From contig NC_043023.1 in the NCBI RefSeq assembly GCF_006345805.1, forward strand, positions 6,572,100 through 6,636,000: 63,901 nucleotides of DNA. The letters are read 5' to 3'. Source of the DNA: Octopus sinensis (taxonomy: Eukaryota). Positions 51,226 to 63,901 of the stretch are shown here, piece after piece; within the stretch, counting starts at the first letter, position 1; each line of letters starts with the position of its first letter. The translations under genes were made by a program, and so were the position numbers. The notes beneath the pieces were generated by a model. That model made no database searches, had not been told where the DNA came from, and saw only the letters and a program-made list of their open reading frames with translations.

Positions 51226-51620
51226 ACTCTTTTACTTGTTTCAGTCATTTGACTGCGGCCATGCTGGAGCAGCACCTTTAATCGAGCAACTCGATCCCGG
51301 GACTTATTCTTTTTGTAAGCCCAGTGCTTATTCTATCGGTCTCTTTTTGCCGAACCGCTAAGTAACGGGGACATAAACACACCAGCATCGGTTGTCAAGC
51401 AATACTGGGGGGACAAACAGAGACACACAAACACACCCACATAAATATATATATACATATATACGACGGGCTTCTTTCAGTTTCCGTCTACCAAATCCAC
51501 TCACAAGGCTTTGGCGACCCAAGGCTATAATAGAAGACACTTACCCAAGGTGCCACGCAGTGGGACTGAACCCGGAACCATGTGGTTGGTAAACAAGCTA
51601 TTTACCACACAGCCACTCCT
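51226..51620 (-). mobile_element. SINE family A, full length
   Basis: Match to other copies, head to tail. Confidence 0.92.
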
Positions 51621-51671
51621 GCATCTATATATTTAAATGATAATGTATGTATGCATGTATGTACATTGTGT

Positions 51672-52005
51672 GAAGGCGCGTGGTTTAGTGGTTGGGATAT
51701 TCGGTTCACGATCGTAAAGTCGTGAGTTCAATTCCCAGCGACGCGTTGTGTCCTTGAGCAAGACACTTTATTTTCACTTTGTTCCAGTCCACTCAGCTGG
51801 CAAAAATGAGTTGCACCTGTATTTCAAAGGGCTAGCCTTGTCACATTCTGTGGCACACTAAATCTCCTTGAGAACTGCATTAAAGTATTCCAGTATTCCA
51901 CCTGTCCGTGGAATGCTCAACCACTTGTACGTTAATTTCACGAGCAAACTGTTCAGTTGATCGTATCAGCTGGGCTCCTCATTGTCGTAACCGACAGAGT
52001 GCTCC
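51672..52005 (+). mobile_element. tRNA-derived SINE family C
   Basis: GGCGCGTGGTTTAGTGG..GAGTTCAATTCC, GTGTCCTTGAGCAAGACACTT, CCAGTCCACTCAGCTGGCAAAAATGAGT. Confidence 0.8.
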
Positions 52006-52310
52006 TATGTATATATGTATGTATGTATATATGTATGTATGTATGCATTTATGTATGTATGTATGTATGCATGCATGTATGCATGTATGTATTATGTATG
52101 TATGAATGTATGTATGTATGTACGTATATATGTATGTATGTATGTATGTATGCATGTATGCATACAGCAGAGTTGAAAAACGGATGTAACCATGATATTC
52201 TGTTGATCTGAAGAACTAGCTTTCAATACCTGCATTGGTTTACAAAATGTACATTAGTAGTATGCACTTTATAGCATACATACTACTGCAGGCATGAAAA
52301 ATAATGCGCG

Positions 52311-52496
52311 TAGGAGTGGCTGTGTGGCAAGTAGCTTGCTTACCAACCACATGGTTCCGGGTTCAGTAGCGCTGTGTGAGTGTCTTGTATAGCCTCGGGC
52401 CGACCAAAGCCTTGTGAGTGGATTTGATAGACAGAGACTGAAAGAAGCCCGTCGTATATATGTATGTATATATATATATATGTGTGTGTGAATGTA

Positions 52497-52527
<31 letters not shown>

Positions 52528-52740
52528 ATGTTTCTGTGTCTGTGTTTGTCCCCCAACATCGCTTGACAACCGATGGTGGCGTGTTTACGTCCCCTTAACT
52601 TAGCGGTTCGGTAAAAGGCACCGATAGAATAAGTACTCGGCTTACAAAGAATAAGTCCTGGGGTCGATTTGCTCGACTAAAGGCGGTGCTCCAGCATGGC
52701 CACAGTCAAATGACTGAAACAAGTAAAAGAGTAACGAGTA
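52311..52740 (+). mobile_element. SINE family A, full length with a small internal deletion
   Basis: Match to other copies. Confidence 0.92.
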
Positions 52741-52989
52741 TACACTAAAACAAAGTATTTTCCCATGATGTTGGCTACGAAACAGCTGTCACCCTTGGAT
52801 ATCAACTGGGGAAATAAATATATTCGTCTCATACCTCCTGGCTTTCTTTCTATTCTATAAATATTTGTGTGAGCGTGGTGTACGTGTGCTTGTGTATCAA
52901 TGAGAGAGGCAGATATCGGGAATTGGTTGAGGGTTTGTGAGAAAGAGCGCTTTATATTGATCTTCGAAGTGGCAACGCCCTTCCTTGCA

Positions 52990-53390
52990 GCTGTTGCTGT
53001 TGCCAATGTTGCTGGTATTGTTGTTGTTATTGGTGGTGGTGGTGGTGGTGGTGGTGGTGGTGGTGATGGTGGTGGTGGTGGTGGTGTTGGTGGTGGTGGT
53101 GGCGGCGGCGGTGGTGGTGGTGGAGATGTGGTGGTGGAGATGTGGTGGTGGTGTTGGTGGTGGTGGTGGTGGTGGTGTTGTTGTTGTTGTTGTTGGTGGT
53201 GGTGGTAGTGGTGGTGGTGGAGATGGTAGTGGTGGTGGTGTTGGTGGTGGTGGTGGTGGTGTTGGTGGTGGTGGTGGTGTTGTTGTTGTTGTGTTGTTGT
53301 TGTTGTTGTTGTTGTGGTGGTGGTGGTGGTGGTGGTGGTGGCGGTAATGGAAGCGGCGTCGGTGGAGGTGCTAATTAATCGACGTCGATA

Positions 53391-53426
<36 letters not shown>

Positions 53427-53565
53427 ATGATGATGATGATGATGATGATTATGATGATGATGATGATGATGATGATGATTATGATGATGATGATGTGATG
53501 ATGATGATTATGATGATGATGATGATGATGATGATTGTGGTGGTGGTGGTAGTGGAGGTGATGAT
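52990..53565. repeat. (GGT)/(GTT) then (GAT) trinucleotide microsatellites
   Basis: Direct reading. Confidence 0.95.
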
Positions 53566-53796
53566 GTGGCTTGTATTGGGATTTCAAAGACTGATATCAA
53601 TAGACGTAAGAGTTTGGGACATACGTGTGTATGTGTGTGTGTGTGTGTGTATACATATATATATAGAGAGAGAGAGAGAAATATTTCGACTATCGCGGGT
53701 GTTACGTTCCAAAACATCCCGCGATAGGTGAAAATCCGCGAAGTAGAAACAGTATTGTACTGTATATATTTATCATTATTTTAATAATTTACTTTC

Positions 53797-53911
53797 TTTT
53801 ACTCTTTTACTTGTTTCAGTCATTTGACTGCAGCCATGCTGGAGCACCGCCTTTAGTCGAGGGAATCGACCTCAGGACTTATTCTTTGTAAGCCTAGTAT
53901 TTATTCTATTG

Positions 53912-53912
<1 letters not shown>
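53797..53912 (-). mobile_element. SINE family A, 3' fragment
   Basis: Tail match. Confidence 0.85.
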
Positions 53913-53945
<33 letters not shown>

Positions 53946-53976
53946 TTTATTTTAAGCAGCAGAAAATTCAACAAAC

Positions 53977-54014
53977 CTGTTACTCTGAGTTTCTCGTTGC
54001 CGTTCATCAGACAG
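53977..54014 (-). ncRNA. Minimal type I hammerhead ribozyme
   Basis: Reverse complement of 54045-54082. Confidence 0.75.
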
Positions 54015-54044
54015 TTTTTGCTAGACAGTTTTTTCTAGCAAAAA

Positions 54045-54082
54045 CTGTCTGATGAACGGCAACGAGAAACTCAGAGTAACAG
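54045..54082 (+). ncRNA. Minimal type I hammerhead ribozyme
   Basis: CTGT-CTGATGA-ACG-GCAA-CGA-GAAA-CTCAGA-GTA-ACAG. Confidence 0.75.
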
Positions 54083-54850
54083 ATTTTGTTGAATTTTCTG
54101 CTGCTTTAAATAAAGCATATTACTCTACCACTGGTATTTGAGTACTCTTTTTTCCACCTTGTTTCACATTTATGTGTTTACTCCGTATATATATATATAC
54201 ACACACATAGGTTTGTGTGTGTATGCACGTATATGTGTGTCTGTGCACGCCTGTTTATGTGTGTGAAATTAATTTAACAATGCTTCATCACGTCCAAAGT
54301 ATTTTCACTTCATCCATTTTGTAATTGTGACGTCACAATGCCTCGTAACGATTTTTCCCAGAGCTTTTCTTTCCAAAAATCTTCAGTCTGTTTCAACCTT
54401 TCACAGTGATTAGAGGCTAGGGAATGTGTGCGCCAGGGGGCGTACCCAAACATCTGAGGACTAGTGTGAAGTGACAGTCATCTTCAGCTTGTTTTTGATG
54501 TTTGTGGGGGATATTTTATGCACCTTTGACTTCTTAAACACCCAATATAACATACTGGTTGGTAGCATAACATAGTTACAAGGTGTCCGGTAGTGTTCCT
54601 CTACCCGGATGAATTCTTAACCAGGCCATTTCAGGACAGAAAACCTGGGGGTTCCAACCAGAAATATCTTCCCTTCTTCACTCTCCACAGATTCACACAG
54701 AATATTTCATTTTAATAAACAATTGTGTGAGTGTAAAGAGAATGGCGATATTAAACAAGAATAAAAATGATGAACACGAAATAAAGCTTGCTCAACATGT
54801 CAAAAGAGTATGGCGATAAACTTGGGAAGTATTTTAATAAAACACAAGTT

Positions 54851-55333
54851 GGATCTTTTCCGTTTGACTGGCAGTTTTTTTATAGCGGTGTCATATGAAA
54901 TTGTCACCCATAATTATGACCCTAGTATCGATCTATTGCATTTCAATCTGTTTTAGGGTTAGGGTTAGTTAGGGTTAGTTAAGGTTAGGGGTGGGGGAAA
55001 GGATATCTTTTTTTCTTCAGAAATGTAAATAAACCCAATCTGTTCTGAAACGAGGGACATATTCATACGGCACAGAATGTTTCACCTCAATAGACGTCAT
55101 TGATTGGTTGAAATTGCAGAAATTGAAGAAAAAAACAACAAATATCTTACAAACTATAGAATTTCTCAATAAAGCCAAGAGAAAAAGATGTTTTATAAAC
55201 ACATTCTACCAGTATACGAAGTTTAAAAGTGTTTAGTTACGTGAAATTATTTTAAAAAACTGCCGGTCAAACCGAAAAGATCTTAGTTACCTAGAAATTA
55301 TGTTAAAAACTGCCGTTCAAACCGAAAAGATCT
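54851..55333. mobile_element. GGATC-ended MITE with TTAGGG repeats and a duplicated right end
   Basis: GGATCTTTTCCG start; GAAAAGATCT ends at 55283 and 55333. Confidence 0.85.
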
Positions 55334-55516
55334 TATTTTTTTAGATACTTCTCTACTAAAGTAAAATAGTTTCTTCATTATTTTTCACTTATAAACTCCA
55401 CAAGCCGACATATGTCTGCAATTTGTAAGTCTTTATGTACCTGGGACTGTGTGTATCAGTGTATAATAAAACATATTTGTTATTTAAATGTTTCAGAATA
55501 TTTTTTTACATATTTC

Positions 55517-55944
55517 GGATCTTTTCCGTTTGACCGGCAGTTTTTTAAAATAATTTCCACGTAACTAAACACTTTTAAACTTCGTATACTGGTAGAATGT
55601 GTTATAAAAACATCTTTTTCTCTTGGCTTTATTGAGAAATTCTATAGTTTGTAAGATATTTTGTTGTGTTTTCTCTTCAATTTCTGCAATTTCAACCAAT
55701 CAATGATGTCTATTGAGGTGAAAACATTCTGTACCGTATGAATATGTCCCTCGTTTAAGAAACAGATTGGGTTTATTTAGATTTCTAAAGAAAAAGGATA
55801 CCCTTCCCCCCACCCCTCACCCTAACTCTAACCCTAACCCTAAAACAGATTGAAATGCAATAGATCAATACTAGGGTCATGATTATGGGTGACAATTTCA
55901 TATGACACTGCTAGAAAAAACTGCCGTTCAAATCAAAAAGATCT
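55517..55944. mobile_element. GGATC-ended MITE, inverted relative to the 54851 copy
   Basis: Termini and internal CCCTAA repeats. Confidence 0.85.
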
Positions 55945-56293
55945 TTCTCTACTAAAGTAAAATAGTTTCTTCATTATTTTTTTATTTATAAACTCCACAA
56001 GCCAACATACGTCTGCGATTTATAAGTCTTTATGTACCTGGGTCTGTGTGTATGAATGTATGTATACGTACGTAGTGTGTGTTTAAGTTTGTGCTCGTAT
56101 ATGTTGTGTGTGTGTATGTCGGTCTCCTTAAATCTGCCTCTGTCTATGTCCCTGTCTGTCTGCCTGTCTCCTTCTGTATCTCACACACACACATACACAC
56201 GCAATGTATACGTATGTTTTTATCTTGATGCATAACCCATCTTTGTTTGGGCGCGGGCACACACACACACACACAGATTTGGTATGAATTTTC

Positions 56294-56453
56294 AGGAGTG
56301 GCTGTGTGATAAGTAGCTCGCTAACCAACCACATGGTTCCGGGTTCAGTCCCACTGCGTGGCATCTTGGGCAAGTGTCTTCTGCTATAGCCCCAGGCCGA
56401 CCAATGCCTTGTGAGTGGATTTGGTAGACGGAAACTGAAAGAAGCCTGTCGTA

Positions 56454-56496
<43 letters not shown>

Positions 56497-56720
56497 ATGT
56501 GTTTGTGTGTCTGTGTTTGTCTCCCTAGCATTGCTTGACAACCGATGCTGGTGTGTTTACGTCCCCGTCACTTAGCGGTTCGGCAAAAGTGACCAATAGA
56601 ATAAGTACTGGACTTACAAAGAATAAGTCCCGGGGTCGATTTGCTCGACTAAAGGCGGTGCTCCAGCATGGCCGCAGTCAAATGACTGAAACAAGTAAAA
56701 GAGTAAAGAGTAAAGAGAAG
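56294..56720 (+). mobile_element. SINE family A, full length
   Basis: Match to other copies. Confidence 0.92.
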
Positions 56721-56971
56721 GAGTAACATTACTTTTACAGTCGTCCCCATAAATCTGTTTATGTGGGTCTTGGTTATCCCCACATCACTATAATCCCACC
56801 TTCTTCCAATCATGCATTCCAATAGATTTAAGTCTTTTTTTGCAGTGTCAATACATCCAAGATGTCCTCCGTATTAATGAACGACGAAATTTTGTGTTGC
56901 CTAAAACAAAACCTGTTTATATCCAACGCAAACTTTCACCGAAAGCTGCATTGATCATGGGACCACTGTTA

Positions 56972-57214
56972 GTAAAGTAGGTAAAGTTACCTTCTCGAGC
57001 CATGCCAGGCTCATAAGGGCCAGTTTCCCGGTTTCAATGGTGCATATATTCCCAACCTGGACGTAACCCCGGTCCATCGCAGGGTTACTCATGTTTGCCA
57101 GCTGAGTGGACTGGAGCAATGTGAAACGAAGTGTTTTGCTCAAGACTACAACGCGTTACCCGGTCTAGGAATCGAAACCACAATCATGAGTCCAACTCAC
57201 TAAGCCACGTGCCA
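56972..57214 (-). mobile_element. SINE sharing the family C head and core but with a different 3' part
   Basis: Reverse complement contains TTGAGCAAAACACTT..GCTCCAGTCCACTCAGCTGGCAAACATGAGT. Confidence 0.7.
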
Positions 57215-57439
57215 CCACACTGTTAGTAACGATGAAATCTTTATTAGGATCTCTCTCTCTCTCACACACACACACACGTATATATATATATATGTATATA
57301 TATATACATGTATATATATATATACACAAGATGTCCATAAATTACCTTTAACAATTTGAAAAATATTCAGGAAGGACAAAATAAAGAAATAATAAGCATC
57401 TTTAAAGATAAACGAATGTGATTTAAATATTGATTTAAT

Positions 57440-57620
57440 TTTTGGTACAATGTCAGCAATTTCAGAGAAGGGGATAAGTCGATTGCTTCATCCCCAGTGT
57501 TCAACTGCTACTGGTTTTATCGATCTCCAGAAGGATAAAAGACAGGGTCGACCTCGGTGGAATTTGAACTCAGATAACATGCCGATAAACGTTTAGCCCG
57601 GCGTGTTACCGTTGCTGCCA
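57440..57620 (-). mobile_element. Diverged SINE family B
   Basis: GTCGACCTCGGTGGAATTTGAACTCAG. Confidence 0.75.
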
Positions 57621-57868
57621 TAGAAATTGATTTAAAAAATATAAATAAAAGCATTGATGATATTTATTTAACATGGAAGTCGAGTGATACATCTCGACTT
57701 AAATAGATAGAATAAATTGTGGAAGTTGTAAAAAGATGTATGTGACAAACGCGAGATCTAATCTTGGTACACACTTATAGACATGGTTCACGGGATTCCC
57801 ATACGCTCCAAGATTCCCATGCGAGGTAGCTTTGTGGTTCGGACCAGGAAATTCAAACTTGTTCGTGT

Positions 57869-58080
57869 TTACTCTTTTACTTGTTTCGGTCATTTTGACT
57901 GTGGCCATGCTGGAGCACCGCCTTTAGTCGAGCAAATTGACGCTGGGACTTATTTTTTGTAAGCCTAGTACTTATTCTATCGGTTTTCTTTTGCCGAACC
58001 GCTAAGTTACGGGGACGTAACCACACCAGTATCGGTTGTCAAGCGATGTTGGGGGGACTAACACAGACACAAAAACATAC

Positions 58081-58113
<33 letters not shown>

Positions 58114-58126
58114 CATATATACGACG
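57869..58126 (-). mobile_element. SINE family A, 3' half
   Basis: Tail match. Confidence 0.88.
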
Positions 58127-58455
58127 GTATGAGGATAAGTTGAAACAATTGCTAAAATCTCTACAGCTTAATTTGACATCTTGGAAAGGTCATTGCCTGG
58201 ATTGATTTGCATTGGTGTAAAACGTGTCACGATGCATTAAAACAATTTGAGTTGAGGAAAAAGAACAATAAAAGAATTAAAGAACTTAATCCTGCAATCA
58301 ACAGACACATTTGCTCAATCCCAGGAAATATCAAAATCTTTATTGTCCCCAGTGTGACTTGATAGCAAAATCCATACTTGGATTCAGATTCCATTCACAC
58401 ATCCATCGCAAATAGATGTAGCTGCTTTTAGCTTCAAAGTTGTTTCTTTTCTTTA

Positions 58456-58491
<36 letters not shown>

Positions 58492-58936
58492 ATTTTAAAA
58501 TCTTCTTCAAACACTCATAAATCGAAATTGACGGGAGTGACCATCATATTACATTGTATTGTATGATATAGAAATGGTTAAGAGTTTTCACACAAATAAA
58601 TCTATATTCAGAAACAAAAAGAAGAAAATGCTTTGAAAGTTTTATCCAGGGGCAATATATTCCAGATGTGCTAAGTGTGCACTGCACACCCATCGAAAAT
58701 GACAAATTCATTATAATATTAACCTTACTCATTAATTTAATCACAAATCTTAATGGAAAACTTTTGTTATACCCCTGCTTGAAATTTTGTGGCATTGGGT
58801 GTGGCAGTATACCCAATGCAACAACCATCATATGCTACTGATTTTATCCTGGGTAAAAGAAAGAAAGCATTTACATGCTTATTAAGATATGCGACTGGTT
58901 TCAGTTGTTTAGAAAGATGATCTAGTCATGCTGAAA

Positions 58937-59540
58937 TCATCATCATCATCATCATCATTTAGCGTCCGTTTTCCATGCTAGCATGGGTTGGACGGTTTAA
59001 CTGGGGTCTGTGAAGCCGGAAGGCTTCATCAGGTTCAGTCAGGTTTGGCAGTGTTTCTACGGCTGGATGCCCTTCCTAACGCCAACCACTCCGTGAGTGT
59101 AGTGGGTGCTTTTTACGTGCCACCTGCACAGGTGCCAGACAGAGCTGGCAAACGACCACGAACAGATGGTGTTTTTACGTGCCATCGGCACGGGGGCCAG
59201 GCGAGGCTGGCAACGGACACGAACGGACGGTGCTTTTACATGCTACCGGCACGGGGGCCAGGCAAGGCTGGCAACGGACACGAGCGGATGGTGCTTTTAC
59301 GTGCCAACGGCATGGGGGCCAGGCAAGGCTGGCAACGGACAAACGATCGGATGGTTCGCTTAACCACAGCTGCAATTTCCACTGATATTGATTTGGTTTG
59401 ATTTTGACTGTTCTCACTGGTCTTGCCGGGTCTTCTCACGCACAGCATACTTCCATAGGTTTCGGTCTCTAGTCATTTCCTTGGTGAGACCTAAAGTTCG
59501 AAGGTTGTGCTTCACCACCTCGTCCCAGGTTTTCCTGGGA
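58937..59540 (-). mobile_element. RTE LINE 3' end with an (ATG)n tail and ~61-bp internal UTR repeats
   Basis: PRKTWDEVVKHNLRTLGLTKEMTRDRNLWKYAVREKT; GGTTGGCGTTAGGAAGGGCATCCAGC; GTG(C/T)TTTTAC motifs near 59106, 59169, 59230, 59291. Confidence 0.88.
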
Positions 59541-59824
59541 AAAATAAACTAAAATATATTCATGATATCAGTTCTGGATCTTCACGTTTCTCTTATAACA
59601 ATCACACAGTACTGAAATTTCATTACTTAGGTGATTTTGTTAGAAAATCATGTGAGCTTTCAGAAAGATTAATTTAGTTTATTTCAACTTGTTTTCCCTT
59701 TTTCATTTCAGCATGACTAAATCGTGTTTTAAAGCAATTGAAACTAGTAGCATATTTTAATAGAAATATAAATACTTACTTTTATTCATGATAATAACTT
59801 CAAAGCATTTTTTGGGTCTTTTGA

Positions 59825-59855
<31 letters not shown>

Positions 59856-59874
59856 ACAAAAACATATATACACA

Positions 59875-60733
59875 CAGGATGCAATGGGTAAATTGTCGCC
59901 ACTTTATATTTTTGATTTCATGCATGTGCATTGTTTGTCTTTGATTTTGTCGACTACACAGTATAGTAGGGTCAGTTGGGCACAGTCTGTGAGAAAATCA
60001 GCACCATGACACAATTCACTCTGCCAGAAATTTGGAAACAACATGCTGTACTGCTTGGCACTCATGCCAGAATCTCCAGTACGGACATTTGAGAGTGTTT
60101 GGGTGTCAATCTGAGGACATGTACCAAAAGTGATAAAAATCAAACACCCAGTCAACATTATGGTGTTTGGAGTGATCACTAGTGATAGCGATGTTATGCC
60201 TCCATTCATCTTTCCACATGGCCTCAGGGTCAATATAGAGGCCTACATCAAGTGCCTGGAGGAGGTAGTGCTGTTCTGGGTCAACAGGGTGGCTGCTGGA
60301 AGACTCCAACAGAACTCTGCATCATACCACGCAAGCAGGAGAACCCAGTCATGACTGTCAGACAATTTCTGCGACCACAACATTACCCTTAACATCTGGA
60401 CACCTAACTCCTCAGACTACAATCCCCATGATTATTATGTGTAGGGCACAGTTGAGCAAGAGACCAACAAAACTCCTTGTAACACCAAAGATGAACTGAA
60501 AGCAAGGATTATGGCAGTATTCACCAACTTAAACAAGGAGACCATCCAGAAGAATTTCAGGAGATTCCAAAGTCATCTGGAGGCCACGGTTGAAACCAAT
60601 GGCGATTTTATTGAATAAATTTACTCTTTAGTATTTCAAGATATTTTTATCTAATTTTGGTAAATATATCTGTTAAAATGAGATGGCAGTATAACTTTCA
60701 TTTTTGCATAATTTAGATGACAGTTTATTCACC
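59875..60733 (+). mobile_element. Deleted Tc1/mariner element, maT (DD37D)-like
   Basis: KHPVNIMVFGVITSD..YIKCLEEVV..QQNSASYH..WTPNSSDYNPHDYYV..GDFIE; imperfect TIRs GGTAAATTGTC / GACAGTTTATTCACC. Confidence 0.85.
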
Positions 60734-61052
60734 AAAAAAAACACAAAATGCAAAAATAACCAGACAAATGAAAATATACGAAATAAAAAACGATTACCTA
60801 TGTACCATTTGTTTCACTTGTTAATATTTACATATATGGACACACAAAGATAGTTTTTTGCTGAGATTTTTCTTGAGAACACATTCTTCGTGATAATGGC
60901 GATTTGACGTCTATGTTTAGCATATAGGCTGTCCACTTTTAGTGGTCAGTCCTTTAAATTTTGTATGTAAAAAATATTTTAATCTTCGGATTTTTTTAAA
61001 TATGCTAACCCACTGGTTTTAATTGATTAATATCAATTTCTACCCTTATTCA

Positions 61053-61094
<42 letters not shown>

Positions 61095-61470
61095 TAAATA
61101 AATGAAAGAATGGAGTCGAACGAAGATGTTAACAAAATTCCTTTACTCTCGACACATGTTTCGAAGACAGCATGTTTCGCTTCAACCGTGTTTCCTGACG
61201 TGAATTTGCTACCAAGGTTTCGGTTAAACGAATTTCCCATGCTGACGATAAACATAGGATAATTCATTCACCTACTTAAATATATATATATATATGTTGG
61301 ATCATTAGCTCCTACACTCCTTGTTTCTTTTCTGTGTATCTTTCTGTCGAAGAGCATAGGCTCGAAACGTAAAAGACTTGTTTTATTTCTATTCCTGAGT
61401 GCCATACTAATACATTGTTTGTTTGTACTCCACCTGCCTTCGTCTTTTGTTTTCCCGTTATATATATATA

Positions 61471-61890
61471 TCATCATCATCATCATCATCATCGTTTAAC
61501 GTCCGTTCTCCATGCTAGCATGGGTTGGACGGTTCGACCGGGGATCTGGGAAGCCAGAAGGCTGCACCAGGCTCCAGTCTTATCTGGCAATGTTTCTACA
61601 GCTGGATGCCCTTCCTAACGCCAACCACTCCATGAGTGTAGTGGGTGCTTTTTACGTGCCACCTGCACAGGTGCCAGGCGAGGCTGGCAGCGGCCACGGT
61701 CGGATTGGTGTATTTTATGTGCCACCGGCATGGAAGCCAGTCGAGGCGGCGCTGGCATCGGCCACGAGTCGGATAGTGCTTTTTACGTACCACCAGACCA
61801 GGGATCCTGGCTGGTTCAATTCGATTTCGATTTCGCTTGCCCCAACATGTCTTCGCAAGCAAAGGGGGTTGGCATGGGTGCCTGTCGTAC
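61471..61890 (-). mobile_element. RTE-type 3' UTR fragment with an (ATG)n tail
   Basis: Match to 58937-59160. Confidence 0.85.
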
Positions 61891-62171
61891 GGTCAGATTG
61901 GTATATTTTATGTGCTGAGTATTGTAGTTTGCTTGAAGCATTGTGTATTGTTTATAAAGAATAAAAAGGTTTTGAATGGTACAACAATGCCCTATAATAC
62001 AGACAATGGGCTATATACCTGGTGTAATTTAGTCATCCATAGTCTGATATGATATTTCGGAATAATATTCCTTCTTCAGAAATTCATAGATGGAGTCACT
62101 GCTGTGTATATCTATACATGCACACATGCATATATATATATATATATATACATACACATACATGTATATAT

Positions 62172-62415
62172 TACTCTTTACTCTTTTACTTGTTTCAGTC
62201 ATTTGACTGCGGCCATGCTGGAGCACCGCCTTTTAGTCGAGCAAATCGACCCCGGGACTTATTCTTTGTAAGCCCAGTACTTATTCTATTGGTCTCTTTT
62301 GCCGATCCGCTAAGTGACGGGGACGCAAACACACCAGCATCGGTTGTCAAGCAATGCTAGAGGGACAAACCAGACACACAAACATATACACACACACACA
62401 TACATTTATATATAT

Positions 62416-62454
<39 letters not shown>

Positions 62455-62620
62455 ATGTGACGGGCTTCATTCAGTTTCCGTCTACCAAATCTACTCACAA
62501 GGCTTTGGTCGGCCTGGGGCTATACCAGAAGATACTTGCCCAAGATGCTATGCAGTGGGACTGAACCCGGAACCATGTGGTTGGTTAGCAAGCTACTTAC
62601 CACACAGCCACTCCTGCGCC
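62172..62620 (-). mobile_element. SINE family A, full length
   Basis: Match to other copies. Confidence 0.92.
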
Positions 62621-63519
62621 TATATATATATATATACACATAGACATATATATATGTGTGTATGTAAATTCATGCAAATATGTAATCAGTTGAGTAATGA
62701 AAGAAAACAAAGACAACCACAATCTATTGAATTATTTATTGATATATATATACATATTATAATATACATATATATATACACACAGGATATATATATACAC
62801 TAACATATATATATATATATAATATATATACACACATATATACATATATATATATGCATATATATATTATATATATACATATTATACATATTATATATAC
62901 ATAAATATTATATATATATTATATATACATATGTATTATATATATTTCTATATACATGTATACAACAGGCTTCTTTTGCATTTATAAATAGTCCAAGACT
63001 AAAGTATTCTTACATGGAAGGTCGAGAGAGAAAGAGGGAGGAAAGACAGAGAGGGAGAGAGAGGAAGCATGTAAGGGTCTGTGTGTCCCTGAAGATAAAT
63101 TGTAGCATAGCAGAATGAGGGAGGGAGAGAGAGAGAGAGGAGTCGGAGAAGCTATAGTAGCAAGGGAGGGGAGTGTGTGTGTATGTGTGTGTGTTAGAAA
63201 CTGCTGTGAACAAATTGGTCGATATTTAAGAGTACGTATGGGGCAGGAATTGCAAGTTAAAGATACAGTCTGTGTTGGTTGCATTCGAAATTGGGGGTTC
63301 TCTCAGGGTTTTCTGGTTCATAGTAGTAAAGGAGCTGTTTAGAGGTTGTTTATTTTCTGTGCTGGTGCTGTGATGGTGTGTGTGGAGGGAGGGGCTGTTT
63401 TTTTTGCAGGGAGTTGAATATAGTTTGTTATTTTTGTTTCCAAGGGGATGTTTCTGTTTGTGAAAGGTTTGTTTACAAACTGATTACACAAACACAGATG
63501 CACATAAATATATGTCATA

Positions 63520-63550
<31 letters not shown>

Positions 63551-63655
63551 ATGTATGTATGTATGTATGTATGTATGTATGTGTGTGTGTATACATATGC
63601 ATATACACACACACGCATATATATATACACAAATATATATATATATGTATATATA

Positions 63656-63710
<55 letters not shown>

Positions 63711-63901
63711 TTTCGTTTCGGGATTTGGTTTGCAAGATTCTTTATATGAGTTCGTGTATTGGAGCATATTCTGTTGTGTCAGGGGAGAGTCATTCTCTTT
63801 TAGTGCCTATTATTAACACACTCACCGTAAAATTTCCACTTATTTCTTATTTTTATTTTCCTAAAATTTTTGTTGCGTCTTGCGACCTTTTCAATAGTCT
63901 T

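Larger units (their letters stand above)
53945..54186. repeat. Fold-back element in (TA)n (~80-bp arms, ~10-bp loop); decayed partial copy at 50731-50803
   Basis: 53945-54024 versus 54034-54115. Confidence 0.9.

Noticed and set aside
56294-56360. tRNA genes
   Set aside because: The A/B-box sequences are SINE heads that continue into SINE bodies and do not form full cloverleaves
58126-58930. Possible host exons in unassigned sequence (also 62980-63500)
   Set aside because: No recognisable protein motif or convincing open exon; cannot be excluded without RNA-seq

Overview
Eukaryotic, AT-rich, almost entirely repetitive DNA (intergenic or intronic); I can support no intact host gene. The SINE families, TTAGGG motifs and microsatellite load look like an octopus (cephalopod) genome, which is inference. 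Contents: a degraded RepHel Helitron plus short non-autonomous Helitrons; Penelope-like (GIY-YIG) fragments; CR1, RTE and HERO-type LINE remnants; three tRNA-derived SINE families; mariner, maT and Tigger-like DNA transposons; a GGATC-ended MITE with 8-bp TSDs that carries telomeric repeats; a probable solo LTR; a ~13.7 kb 26-bp satellite grown inside an RTE 3' UTR; and a 10 x ~362 bp array of a CR1 3' end. The most notable hidden signal is a set of type I hammerhead ribozymes from several unrelated sequence families, sitting in inverted-repeat elements inserted in (TA)n/(TG)n microsatellites. All long ORFs in the track at 16.5-30.5 kb and over the microsatellites are artefacts of stop-free repeats.
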